DNA of 33,773 bases, taken from Cryobacterium sp. Lineage in GTDB: Bacteria > Actinomycetota > Actinomycetes > Actinomycetales > Microbacteriaceae. Location of the stretch: the NCBI GenBank assembly GCA_039924805.1, contig JBDTAA010000116.1, positions 1-33,773 on the forward strand. The letters are read 5' to 3'. The notes beneath the pieces were generated by a model. The model saw only the letters and a program-made list of their open reading frames with translations, had not been told where the DNA came from and searched no databases. Positions 10,715-18,260 of the stretch are shown here, piece after piece. The translations under genes were made by a program, and so were the position numbers. Within the stretch, counting starts at the first letter, position 1, and every line of letters starts with the position of its first letter.

Positions 10715-10924
10715 TTACTGATACTCCTGGCACGCTTCACACCACCAGCCGCTGGCTCCAACGGGCGCCATGGCCTCGAAGCAGCTGACGCACGGCGGGA
10801 CCGGATAGAGCTCACCGCTCGGGGGTACCTCGACGTCGTCGAGCAGCCGCAAAGGCGGAAATTCGTTCCCCGCGAGTTCATCGGGAAAGACGTCGTGTCC
10901 GTTGAAGCGCAGTTCGGTGAACAT
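10715..10924 (-). CDS. Small hypothetical protein (69 aa) with a C-terminal CxxC-x13-CxxC putative zinc ribbon
   Basis: MFTELRFNG...PPCVSCFEAMAPVGASGWWCEACQEYQ; mostly GC3-rich codons; divergent from TetR. Confidence 0.55.
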   Translation of the reverse strand: MFTELRFNGHDVFPDELAGNEFPPLRLLDDVEVPPSGELYPVPPCVSCFEAMAPVGASGWWCEACQEYQ

Positions 10925-10977
10925 GCTGGTTCTCGCTCTCGTCTGGGAAATTCGTGACCGGCTCTTTCCCCTAAATG

Positions 10978-10991
10978 AGAACGATCGTTCT
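10978..10991. promoter_or_regulatory. Perfect 14-bp palindrome, probable TetR operator 1
   Basis: AGAACGATCGTTCT. Confidence 0.65.
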
Positions 10992-11078
10992 TCCAGTCTT
11001 AGGAAGAACGAATGCGCTGTCAATGGCTGCACTGTAACTATTTCGAATGCGGACCAATCACAAATGTGGGTATCCCTG

Positions 11079-11092
11079 AGAACGAGCGCTCT
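11079..11092. promoter_or_regulatory. Probable TetR operator 2, next to the tetR promoter
   Basis: AGAACGAGCGCTCT matches operator 1 at 12/14; lies just upstream of -10 TAGACT (11100-11105). Confidence 0.6.
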
Positions 11093-11115
11093 TCTGGAGT
11101 AGACTCAGTTGCACT

Positions 11116-11688
11116 ATGACCGATGTGTCGGCGCCGACCGCCAAGGAGCGCATCCTCGCCACGGCCTACGAGTTGTTCTCGAAGCGGGCCGTGCGAGACG
11201 TCGGCGTGGACGAACTCATTCGCGGGTCGGATGTCGCGATCGCGACGTTCTACCGGCATTTCCCGTCGAAGAACGACGTTGTCCTGGCCTTCCTTCAGAT
11301 GCGCGAAGAGGTGTGGACGCTCGGATCGATCGAGGGCGAGGCCCGGAGGCGCGGTGACACGCCCGAGGAGAAGCTGCTGGCCATCTTCGATGTCTTCGAC
11401 GAGTGGTTCCACCGCGAAGACTTTGAGGCCTGCCCGTTCGTGAACATCCTGCTCGAGATGAAGCCGGGGCATCCGTTGACGATGGCCTGCGTGCGGCATC
11501 TGGAACGCATCCGCGAGATGGTGGCCGGGCTGGCCGAGGAGGCCGGCCTGCGTGACCCCGCGAAGATGGCCAGGTCCTGGCACATCCTGATGAAAGGCTC
11601 GATCGTCTCGGCCGCCGAGGGCGATCAGGACGCCGCGAAACTGGCCCAGGACATGGCTCGCTGCCTGATCCAGAGCCATCGGGGCTAG
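11116..11688 (+). CDS. TetR/AcrR family transcriptional regulator
   Basis: AKERILATAYELF...VGVDELI...ATFYRHFPSKNDV HTH; ACPFVN in the C-domain. Confidence 0.95.
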   Translation: MTDVSAPTAKERILATAYELFSKRAVRDVGVDELIRGSDVAIATFYRHFPSKNDVVLAFLQMREEVWTLGSIEGEARRRGDTPEEKLLAIFDVFDEWFHREDFEACPFVNILLEMKPGHPLTMACVRHLERIREMVAGLAEEAGLRDPAKMARSWHILMKGSIVSAAEGDQDAAKLAQDMARCLIQSHRG

Positions 11689-11703
11689 CTGGACCGGAGC
11701 GCG

Positions 11704-13374
11704 CTAGGACTCGCTCACACGGCCGGCGTCGACGCTCCACTGCCGGTCGATGCGCACGTTTTCGAGCATCCTCCGATCGTGAGTGACCAGAAGGAGCGTG
11801 CCCTCGTATGAGTCAAGGGCCTGCTCGAGTTGCTCGATGGCGGCGAGGTCGAGGTGGTTGGTCGGCTCATCGAGCACGAGCAGGTTGACTCCCCTGGCCT
11901 GCAGGAGCGCCAGCGCCGCACGGGTGCGCTCCCCGGGCGACAGCTCGTCGACCGGCCGATTGACGTGATCGGCCTTGAGGCCGAACTTGGCGAGCAGCGT
12001 GCGAGCCTCGGCGGAGGAGAGGTTTGGCACCAGATCCTCGAAGCTCTCGGCGAGGTGTTGCCCGCCCGCGAGGAGCGTGCGCGCCTGGTCAATCTCGCCG
12101 ATAGACACGTTCGCGCCCAGGCTCGCCGTGCCCTCACCCGGCGCCTGACGCCCGAGGAGCGCGCGCAGCAGAGTCGACTTTCCGGCGCCGTTGGGGCCCG
12201 TGATTCCGATCCGATCCCCCGCATTGACCTGCAGCGACACCGGACCCAGGGTGAAGTCCCCCTGACGGACCACGGCGCTGCTGAGGGTCGAAACCACCGA
12301 GCTCGAGCGGGGCGCCGAGCCGATGGTGAACTCGAGCTGCCATTCCTTGCGTGGCTCGTCGACCTCGGCCATCCGGGCGATCCGGCTTTCCATCTGGCGC
12401 ACCTTCTGCGCCTGCTTTTCGCTGGATTCCGCGGATGCCTTGCGGCGGATCTTGTCGTTGTCCGGGGCCTTCTTCATCGCATTCCGCACACCCTGGCTTG
12501 ACCATTCCCTCTGGGTGCGCGCCCGGACCACGAGATCCGCCTTCTTTTCGGCGTACTCGTCGTACTGCTCCCGCTTGTGCCGGCGCGCGGTCGCCCGCTC
12601 CTCCAGATAGGAGTCGTAGCCGCCGCCGAACACCCGGTTCGTCCCCTGAGCAAGGTCGAGTTCCAGCACCCGGGTCACGCACCGCGCCAGAAACTCACGG
12701 TCGTGGCTGACGAGCACAACACCGCCGCGGAGCCCACGCACGAAGGCCTCCAACCGTTCCAGCCCATCGAGGTCGAGATCGTTGGTGGGCTCGTCGAGCA
12801 GCGCGATATCGAATCGGGAGAGCAGCAGCGCCGCGAGACCCACTCGGGCGGCCTGGCCGCCGGAGAGCGACGTCATCAGCGCATCCTCCGGCAGGGCCGC
12901 GCCGAGCTCCAGGCCCAGATCGCTAAGCACGATGGGCAGGCGTTCGTCGAGGTCTGCGGCGCCGCTCGCGAGCCAGCGGTCGAGGGCGCTCGAGTACACG
13001 TCGGCGGGATCTGGCCCATCGGCACTGGCGTCCGGATCGGCGTCGCCGAGCGCGGCTGCTGCCGCGTTCATCTCGTGCGTCGCCTGGGCGCATCCGGTTC
13101 GCCTGGCGATGTAGCCGGAGATGGTTTCACCACTGATGCGTTCCTGCTCCTGCGGCAGCCACCCCACGAAAGCATCTGCGGGGGCGAGGTTGCGCGTGCC
13201 GGCCTGCGGTTCGAGGGTGCCGGCGAGCAGGCGCAGCAGGGTGGACTTGCCGGATCCGTTGACGCCGACCACGCCCACGACGTCGCCGGGGGCAACCGTG
13301 AGATCGAGCGAATCAAAGAGGGTGCGGTGCGCGTACCCGCCGGCCAGGCCCTTGGCCACGAGTGTTGCGGTCAT
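11704..13374 (-). CDS. ABC-F family ATP-binding protein (two NBDs, no TM domain)
   Basis: GVNGSGKST, LSGGQ, LLDEPTNDLD; second NBD GPNGAGKST, LSPGE, VLDEPTNHLD; charged helical linker between them. Confidence 0.93.
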   Translation of the reverse strand: MTATLVAKGLAGGYAHRTLFDSLDLTVAPGDVVGVVGVNGSGKSTLLRLLAGTLEPQAGTRNLAPADAFVGWLPQEQERISGETISGYIARRTGCAQATHEMNAAAAALGDADPDASADGPDPADVYSSALDRWLASGAADLDERLPIVLSDLGLELGAALPEDALMTSLSGGQAARVGLAALLLSRFDIALLDEPTNDLDLDGLERLEAFVRGLRGGVVLVSHDREFLARCVTRVLELDLAQGTNRVFGGGYDSYLEERATARRHKREQYDEYAEKKADLVVRARTQREWSSQGVRNAMKKAPDNDKIRRKASAESSEKQAQKVRQMESRIARMAEVDEPRKEWQLEFTIGSAPRSSSVVSTLSSAVVRQGDFTLGPVSLQVNAGDRIGITGPNGAGKSTLLRALLGRQAPGEGTASLGANVSIGEIDQARTLLAGGQHLAESFEDLVPNLSSAEARTLLAKFGLKADHVNRPVDELSPGERTRAALALLQARGVNLLVLDEPTNHLDLAAIEQLEQALDSYEGTLLLVTHDRRMLENVRIDRQWSVDAGRVSES

Positions 13375-13386
13375 CCCCCCATGTTC

Positions 13387-14016
13387 TCACTCCCCCTCTT
13401 CCCCCTCCGGCCACTCCGCCGGAAAGGCCTCGCCGATGGCGGCGGTGTACTCGATCATCGAGTCGAGGAGCTCCTCCATCGTTTTCGATCGCAGGAGGGA
13501 GACCTGGTCCAGCGGGCCGAGGGGAGCAATGCCGGCGAGCTGCCAGGCGGCCACGGTCGGGTCCCCCGACAGCTCGACGTCCGGGGACCAGATCAGGTCG
13601 CTGAATTCGCTGGCCCTCGCCAGTGCGCGCCTCACCTCTCGCTCCGCTCGTTCCCGGAGTGGAAGCAGGCTGTCGTCCCAGGTGAGTTCGGGCAGGTCGC
13701 GGATGCTGGCCAGCGGATGCGGGTCCTCGGCCAGCCACTCGAGCACCTCGAATCTGCGGCCCCCCTGGGCGACGAGGCCGACAAAGCCTTCCGGCGCCAC
13801 CATCTGGGTGATGCGGGCGACGGTCCCGAACGGGAATCGGTGTTCGCCGCCGCCGACCTCCTGGCCGCGTTCGATCAGGACCACACCGAATTCGGCACCG
13901 TCTGATTCGAGCATCCGGGACAGCATCACCAGGTAGCGGTCCTCGAATACCCGCAGCTGCAGGGGCATGTACGGGAAGAGCACTGATCCAAGCGGGAACA
14001 TCGGCAGCGTGGTCAC
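13387..14016 (-). CDS. LON peptidase substrate-binding (N-terminal) domain protein
   Basis: LPMFPLGSVLFPYMPLQLRVFEDRY...FGVVLIERGQEVGG. Confidence 0.9.
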   Translation of the reverse strand: MTTLPMFPLGSVLFPYMPLQLRVFEDRYLVMLSRMLESDGAEFGVVLIERGQEVGGGEHRFPFGTVARITQMVAPEGFVGLVAQGGRRFEVLEWLAEDPHPLASIRDLPELTWDDSLLPLRERAEREVRRALARASEFSDLIWSPDVELSGDPTVAAWQLAGIAPLGPLDQVSLLRSKTMEELLDSMIEYTAAIGEAFPAEWPEGEEGE

Positions 14017-14142
14017 CTGCCCAGAGAACCACGCCTGTGCCGGAACTCCAAGGCCTGCCGGCCGGCATGCTTCCCTCCGGGCCTCCGGCGCGTACCCTGA
14101 GAAGTCGACCGCGATTCGCGCGGGCTCTACGAAAGGCTGTCC

Positions 14143-14499
14143 GTGGACATCTCCCTACTCCGGCTCTTTGTCGCCGCCGCCGAGGAGAGGCACTTTGCTC
14201 GCGCCGCCGAGACCCTCGACGTCAACCGGATGACGGTGAGCGCGTCGGTCAGGGCGCTGGAAGCCGAACTGGGCTATCCGCTGTTCGACCGCACCGCCGA
14301 GACCACCACGCTGACCGAAGAGGGCGTCGCGTTCCTGGAAACGGCCCGGCGCGAGATCGCGGCGGCACCCCCGCCGGCCAAGGTCCATGCGCCGCCGGCG
14401 CCGGCTGCGGGCGGCAAGGCAAAGGCGTCGAAGGGCAAGGGACGCACTCCCGACGTGAAGGGACAGACCCGCCCGGGAAAGCGGCGCCAGTCGCGTTAG
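14143..14499 (+). CDS. LysR-type HTH-only protein with Pro/Ala/Lys-rich tail
   Basis: LRLFVAAAEERHFARAAETL...VRALEAELGYPLFDRT...LTEEG; no substrate-binding domain; GAAAGG RBS before GTG. Confidence 0.85.
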   Translation: MDISLLRLFVAAAEERHFARAAETLDVNRMTVSASVRALEAELGYPLFDRTAETTTLTEEGVAFLETARREIAAAPPPAKVHAPPAPAAGGKAKASKGKGRTPDVKGQTRPGKRRQSR

Positions 14500-14506
14500 C
14501 AGAATT

Positions 14507-14524
14507 GATACCCTCAGGGGTATC
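14507..14524. promoter_or_regulatory. CsoR/RcnR-family operator
   Basis: GATACCC-TCAG-GGGTATC inverted repeat (TAC..C/G tract..GTA pattern), 35 bp upstream of the CsoR-family gene. Confidence 0.8.
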
Positions 14525-14559
14525 CTTGCGTATATTTCCTAAGAAATGGTGGCGTGATC

Positions 14560-14844
14560 ATGGCAGCAGCGGCAACACACTCGAGTGACGACCTCCGCAA
14601 GACCGTCAACCGGCTGAAGCGCGCCCAGGGTCAGCTCGGCGCCGTGATCGCGGCGGTCGAGTCGGGCGCCGACTGCCGCGCGGTGGTCACCCAGCTGGCC
14701 GCAGTCTCCAGCGCCATCGACCGTGCCGGTTTCACGATCATCTCCACGGCCATGAAGGACTGCCTCGTCGACAGCGACATCGACGGCGAGAAGAAGCAGC
14801 TCACCGTCGATGAGCTCGAGAAGCTCTTCCTCTCCCTCGCCTGA
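14560..14844 (+). CDS. CsoR/RcnR family metal- or persulfide-sensing repressor
   Basis: NRLKRAQGQL...DCRAVVTQLAAVSSAIDR...MKDCL; alternative GTG start at 14554. Confidence 0.9.
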   Translation: MAAAATHSSDDLRKTVNRLKRAQGQLGAVIAAVESGADCRAVVTQLAAVSSAIDRAGFTIISTAMKDCLVDSDIDGEKKQLTVDELEKLFLSLA

Positions 14845-14903
14845 TCGAGCCAGGTCGGACCCTGCCCGGTGACGGGTTGCGGGCGGCTCGCTATTCTGGA
14901 TAC

Positions 14904-15176
14904 ATGTGCCGGAACATCCACACGCTACATAATTTCGAGCCCGCCGCCACCGACGACGAGGTGCACGCAGCCGCCCTTCAATACGTGCGCAAGATCAGCG
15001 GTTCGACAAAGCCGTCGAAGGCCAACGCGGAGGCGTTCGACCAGGCCGTTGAGGAGATCGCACACATCTCGAGGCACCTGCTCGAGCATCTGGTGAGCAC
15101 GGCTCCACCGAAAGACCGCGACGTCGAGGCGGAGAAGGCGAAGGCTCGTTCGGCTAAACGATTCGCCGCGGCCTAA
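14904..15176 (+). CDS. DUF2277 family protein
   Basis: MCRNIHTLHNFEPAATDDEVHAAALQYVRKISG; leaderless-type TATTCT-N6-ATG start. Confidence 0.9.
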   Translation: MCRNIHTLHNFEPAATDDEVHAAALQYVRKISGSTKPSKANAEAFDQAVEEIAHISRHLLEHLVSTAPPKDRDVEAEKAKARSAKRFAAA

Positions 15177-15219
15177 CCCCGCCGGGCCCGGTCGGGAGTG
15201 ACGACCCCACCGGGGGTTG

Positions 15220-15435
15220 CTACCGACGTCGGCCCCACACGAAATAGGAGATAGGGCCCAGGAAATCCACTGCGATGATGGCCGCCCAGACGCCCTTGCG
15301 GCCGTTGACACGTTTCGCCGGCCGTCGCGCGAGATCGACCCACGCCGTCGCGGCGAGCGCCAGCTGAACCGAACCCACCACCAGGGTCGCCGTTTGCTGG
15401 CCCTCGGTCAAGTCGCTCCACCGCCGCGCCTTCAT
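15220..15435 (-). CDS. PLDc N-terminal domain small membrane protein
   Basis: AWVDLARRPAKRVNGRKGVWAAIIAVDFLGPISYFVWGRR. Confidence 0.85.
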   Translation of the reverse strand: MKARRWSDLTEGQQTATLVVGSVQLALAATAWVDLARRPAKRVNGRKGVWAAIIAVDFLGPISYFVWGRRR

Positions 15436-15438
15436 GGT

Positions 15439-16014
15439 CTACTCCTGCGGCTTCTTCGCGGCGGCCTTCGCCGCTCGCTTGGTTTCGCGCACGCGCACGA
15501 GGGTGTCGGCGTCGACGATGTCGGCTACCGAGCGGAACGAGCCGTCCTCACCGTACGGGCCGGAGGCCTCGCGCCATCCCGGCGCAGTGACCCCGAGACG
15601 CTTGCCGAGCAGGGCCAGGAAGATCTTCGCCTTCTGCTCACCGAATCCGGGCAGGGCCTTCAGTCGCCGGAGAATCTCGGGGCCGTCCGGGGAACCCGAG
15701 GTCCAGATGGCGGCCGCGTCGCCGTCCCAGTCCGTGGCGACAACCCCGGCAAGGGTCTGCACGCGGGCGGCCATCGACCCGGGGAAGCGGTGCACGGCCG
15801 GTGTCTGCTTGAAGATGTCGGCGAACGCGTCGGCATCGCACCCGGCGATCGTCGCCGGGTCGATGGCGCCCATCCGGTCTCTGATCTTGGCGGGCCCGGC
15901 GAAGGCGGTCTCCATCGCGATCTGCTGGTCGAGGAGCATCCCGACGAGAAGGGCGAACGGATCCTCGCTGAGGAGGGTGTCGGCGGCGTCATCGCCGGTG
16001 ATGTGCAGCGTCAT
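15439..16014 (-). CDS. HhH-GPD-type base excision DNA repair protein (actinobacterial short type)
   Basis: DPFALLVGMLLDQQI, PAVHRFPGSMA, HhH LKALPGFGEQKA, RSVADI. Confidence 0.9.
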   Translation of the reverse strand: MTLHITGDDAADTLLSEDPFALLVGMLLDQQIAMETAFAGPAKIRDRMGAIDPATIAGCDADAFADIFKQTPAVHRFPGSMAARVQTLAGVVATDWDGDAAAIWTSGSPDGPEILRRLKALPGFGEQKAKIFLALLGKRLGVTAPGWREASGPYGEDGSFRSVADIVDADTLVRVRETKRAAKAAAKKPQE

Positions 16015-16056
16015 CCGCCCATTCTGGCATCGAGCGGCGCCGTTCGCTTGCGTCGA

Positions 16057-16635
16057 CTAGTCGATATCGCCCAGAAAGCTGAGCACGCGTTGTGTGAGCA
16101 ATCCCGCCGCCCGTTCGTCGTAGGACGGCAGGCTGTCGTCTACGAAGAGGTGCCGATTGCCGGGATAGAGGAACAACTCGGCATCCGGCGAGGCCTGGAC
16201 GAGTGCACGGGCGGCGTCGATGTCGCCCTCGTCAGCGAAATACGGGTCGGCATCCATCCCGTGGACCTGGACCGGCACTCCCTGGGGCCAGTCGCCCCCG
16301 AACTCGGCGGTCGGGACACACGAATGGAACAACAACGCGCCCTTGGCTCCGGGCCGCGTCTGAGCCAGCATCTGTGCCGACAGAACCCCCACGGAGAAGC
16401 CGGCGTAGACGAGTTCGCTCGGCATCCCGTCGCTGGCCGCCCGCCCGCGCTCCAGGATCGAGCCGAATCCGACCCCCTGGGCGTAGGCAACGCCCTCCGC
16501 GAGATCAGCGAAAACCTGCCCCTCGTAGAGGTCGGGGACATGAACGATGTGGCCGGCTTGCCTGAGCGTTTCCGCGAAGCCGAGTACACCTTGAGTCAGC
16601 CCGTGTGCGTGGTGGAACAGCAATACCTCGGCCAT
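16057..16635 (-). CDS. Dienelactone hydrolase family protein
   Basis: MAEVLLFHHAHGLT, nucleophile elbow YAGFSVG, YPGNRHLFVD; GAGGAGG RBS. Confidence 0.9.
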   Translation of the reverse strand: MAEVLLFHHAHGLTQGVLGFAETLRQAGHIVHVPDLYEGQVFADLAEGVAYAQGVGFGSILERGRAASDGMPSELVYAGFSVGVLSAQMLAQTRPGAKGALLFHSCVPTAEFGGDWPQGVPVQVHGMDADPYFADEGDIDAARALVQASPDAELFLYPGNRHLFVDDSLPSYDERAAGLLTQRVLSFLGDID

Positions 16636-16903
16636 GGGTCCTCCTCGTCTCCGGGCGCCTCGGTGCGCCTCTCGGAGTGATTCTGGCACTTCCCGGGGAG
16701 AACGCTTGGTGGAACGATTGGGCCACCCGATCGATGCGGGTGAGCGGAAGCGGTGGGCGATGGTGATCGAGGCGAAGCCGGCCCATGACTTCGAGGATAT
16801 GGCGACGATGTTTGCGGGCGATATTCGGCGAATCGTCATGCGGCGAATGGTCGGCCGAGGTCTCGCCGGTGATCGCGAGGCGCCTGGACGAAGCGGGCGT
16901 GGC

Positions 16904-17209
16904 CTATCTGTTCGAACGGCGCCTGGTTTCGGAGCTGCGGGACGCTTCCCAGCGCTGCTGACCGGTGAGCGCGTGGATCTCGCCGTTGGTGACGACCCAT
17001 CCACGCACAGCCGTGTAGGCGGTGTCGCCTGCGGGGAGGCCGGCTGATCCCGGCGCCGCGAACAGAAGGTCGGGGGTTTCGTGGCGGACGCTGGTGCGAA
17101 CGCAGCCTGAGCACGCGAACAGGTACCGCGGAAGCGTGCCTCGTTCGTCGTGGGCAGGATTCGGATGGAGCGTGGCTTCGGAGTGGCAGAAGGGGCAGGT
17201 GATTCGCAT
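16904..17209 (-). CDS. Hypothetical protein (101 aa) with N-terminal CxxC...CxxC
   Basis: MRITCPFCHSEA...YLFACSGCVR; strong RBS AAGGGAG 9 nt upstream of the ATG. Confidence 0.55.
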   Translation of the reverse strand: MRITCPFCHSEATLHPNPAHDERGTLPRYLFACSGCVRTSVRHETPDLLFAAPGSAGLPAGDTAYTAVRGWVVTNGEIHALTGQQRWEASRSSETRRRSNR

Positions 17210-17425
17210 GATCGAGTACTCCCTTGTTGCTGGTCGTTCCGGCCCTCCATGCCCTTCATGAAGGCTTCGTTGACCGCGATCGTCGCGTCGCCGGGGCACA
17301 AGCTAACCAGCTTGCTCACATCGACCGCAGTCCGCATGTATGAGGACACGCGGCGTGTCGCGGTGGCGAATGGGGCCGCGTGTGCATGGGGCGTCAGTGC
17401 GCGACTCTCCGTGGCGACCCCCACG

Positions 17426-17497
17426 GCCGAGTTGCCCCGTTCCGGTCGAGATCCCCCGGCACACCGGGTCAACTCGACCGGAACTGTCAAACTCGGC
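17426..17497. repeat. REP-like long palindrome, copy 1
   Basis: GCCGAGTT..GTTCCGGTCGAG-[22 nt]-CTCGACCGGAAC..AACTCGGC; related copy at 33582-33655. Confidence 0.7.
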
Positions 17498-17531
17498 GGG
17501 AGCCGCGAACGCCCCCGCGCGGTGCTCGGCG

Positions 17532-18176
17532 TCAGGCCTCTATTCTCACGCAGCATCCCTCGGCGGTGGGTTCGAGCAGTACCGTGTCCGGATCGCTGCC
17601 GGTCGCCTCGGCGGCCGCGCGCAGGAACGCATGATTGGCGGCGCACACGACCTCGATGTGCCTGTTGGCCAGGCGGTGGAACGGGCAGTTGGCCAGCACC
17701 GTGCCGCGGGCACCGGGCACCGGCTCGTATCCGGTCTCGTCGAGCAGCCGGGCAAGGGTCCCGGCGGCCCGGCCCGCCTGCCGGCCCGCGCTCGTCGCCG
17801 CGGTGCGCAGGGCATCCAGCGCCGAGGGGGCCTCCGGCGCTGTCTCGATCGCGGTGGCGAGCAGATCGCCCATCAGGTCATAGTGGCGTTCCGGGATGGA
17901 GACGCTGAGTTCCCCCGGTGCCCTCGAGTACGTCTTCGCCGGCCTGCCCGAACCGGGACCGGCCCGGCCGTTGACCCGCCGGTATTCCACGCTCAGCAGG
18001 CCCGCTTCGACGAGCCGGTCGAGGTGGAACGCCACCGTGCTGCGCGGCACGCCGAGGGCTGCGGCGGCCTCGTCCCTGGTCACCGGGTGCGTGCTGGCGT
18101 CCACCAGCTGCAGCAGGCTTCGGCGCACCGGGTCGTGCAGGGCGGCGGCGGCGCTGATCCCCTCTGTCTGTCTCAT
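17532..18176 (-). CDS. Winged-HTH (ArsR-like) transcriptional regulator with Cys-rich C-terminal domain
   Basis: LHDPVRRSL...TRDEAAAALGVPRSTVAFHLDRLVEAGLL...GRPAKTY; LANCPFH, VCAANH, GCC. Confidence 0.88.
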   Translation of the reverse strand: MRQTEGISAAAALHDPVRRSLLQLVDASTHPVTRDEAAAALGVPRSTVAFHLDRLVEAGLLSVEYRRVNGRAGPGSGRPAKTYSRAPGELSVSIPERHYDLMGDLLATAIETAPEAPSALDALRTAATSAGRQAGRAAGTLARLLDETGYEPVPGARGTVLANCPFHRLANRHIEVVCAANHAFLRAAAEATGSDPDTVLLEPTAEGCCVRIEA

Positions 18177-18206
18177 GCCCCAAGCCTACTTCTAAAACCG
18201 TCGATC

Positions 18207-18235
18207 TTGACAAAATGAAGGGGTGCGCCTACCGT
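18207..18235 (+). promoter_or_regulatory. SigA-type promoter of tal
   Basis: TTGACA-17 bp-TACCGT; back to back with -10 TAGGCT (18183-18188, minus strand) of the HTH gene. Confidence 0.7.
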
Positions 18236-18260
18236 CGACAGTGACGCTAGGGAGCTGGGC

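Noticed and set aside
10428-10721. 97-aa plus-strand ORF upstream of gcvT
   Set aside because: Overlaps the glycine riboswitch and its promoter on the opposite strand; no protein-like features.
14041-14050. CGGAACTCCA, a possible third ychF att copy that would define an 8-kb island
   Set aside because: Only 10 bp match, the AGACGTT part is absent and there is no palindrome; compatible with chance.
16057-17646. 529-aa ORF suggesting a long N-terminal extension on the hydrolase
   Set aside because: The extension is Arg/Pro/Ser-rich non-coding-like sequence that overlaps other features; the real start is ATG 16635 with a GAGGAGG RBS.
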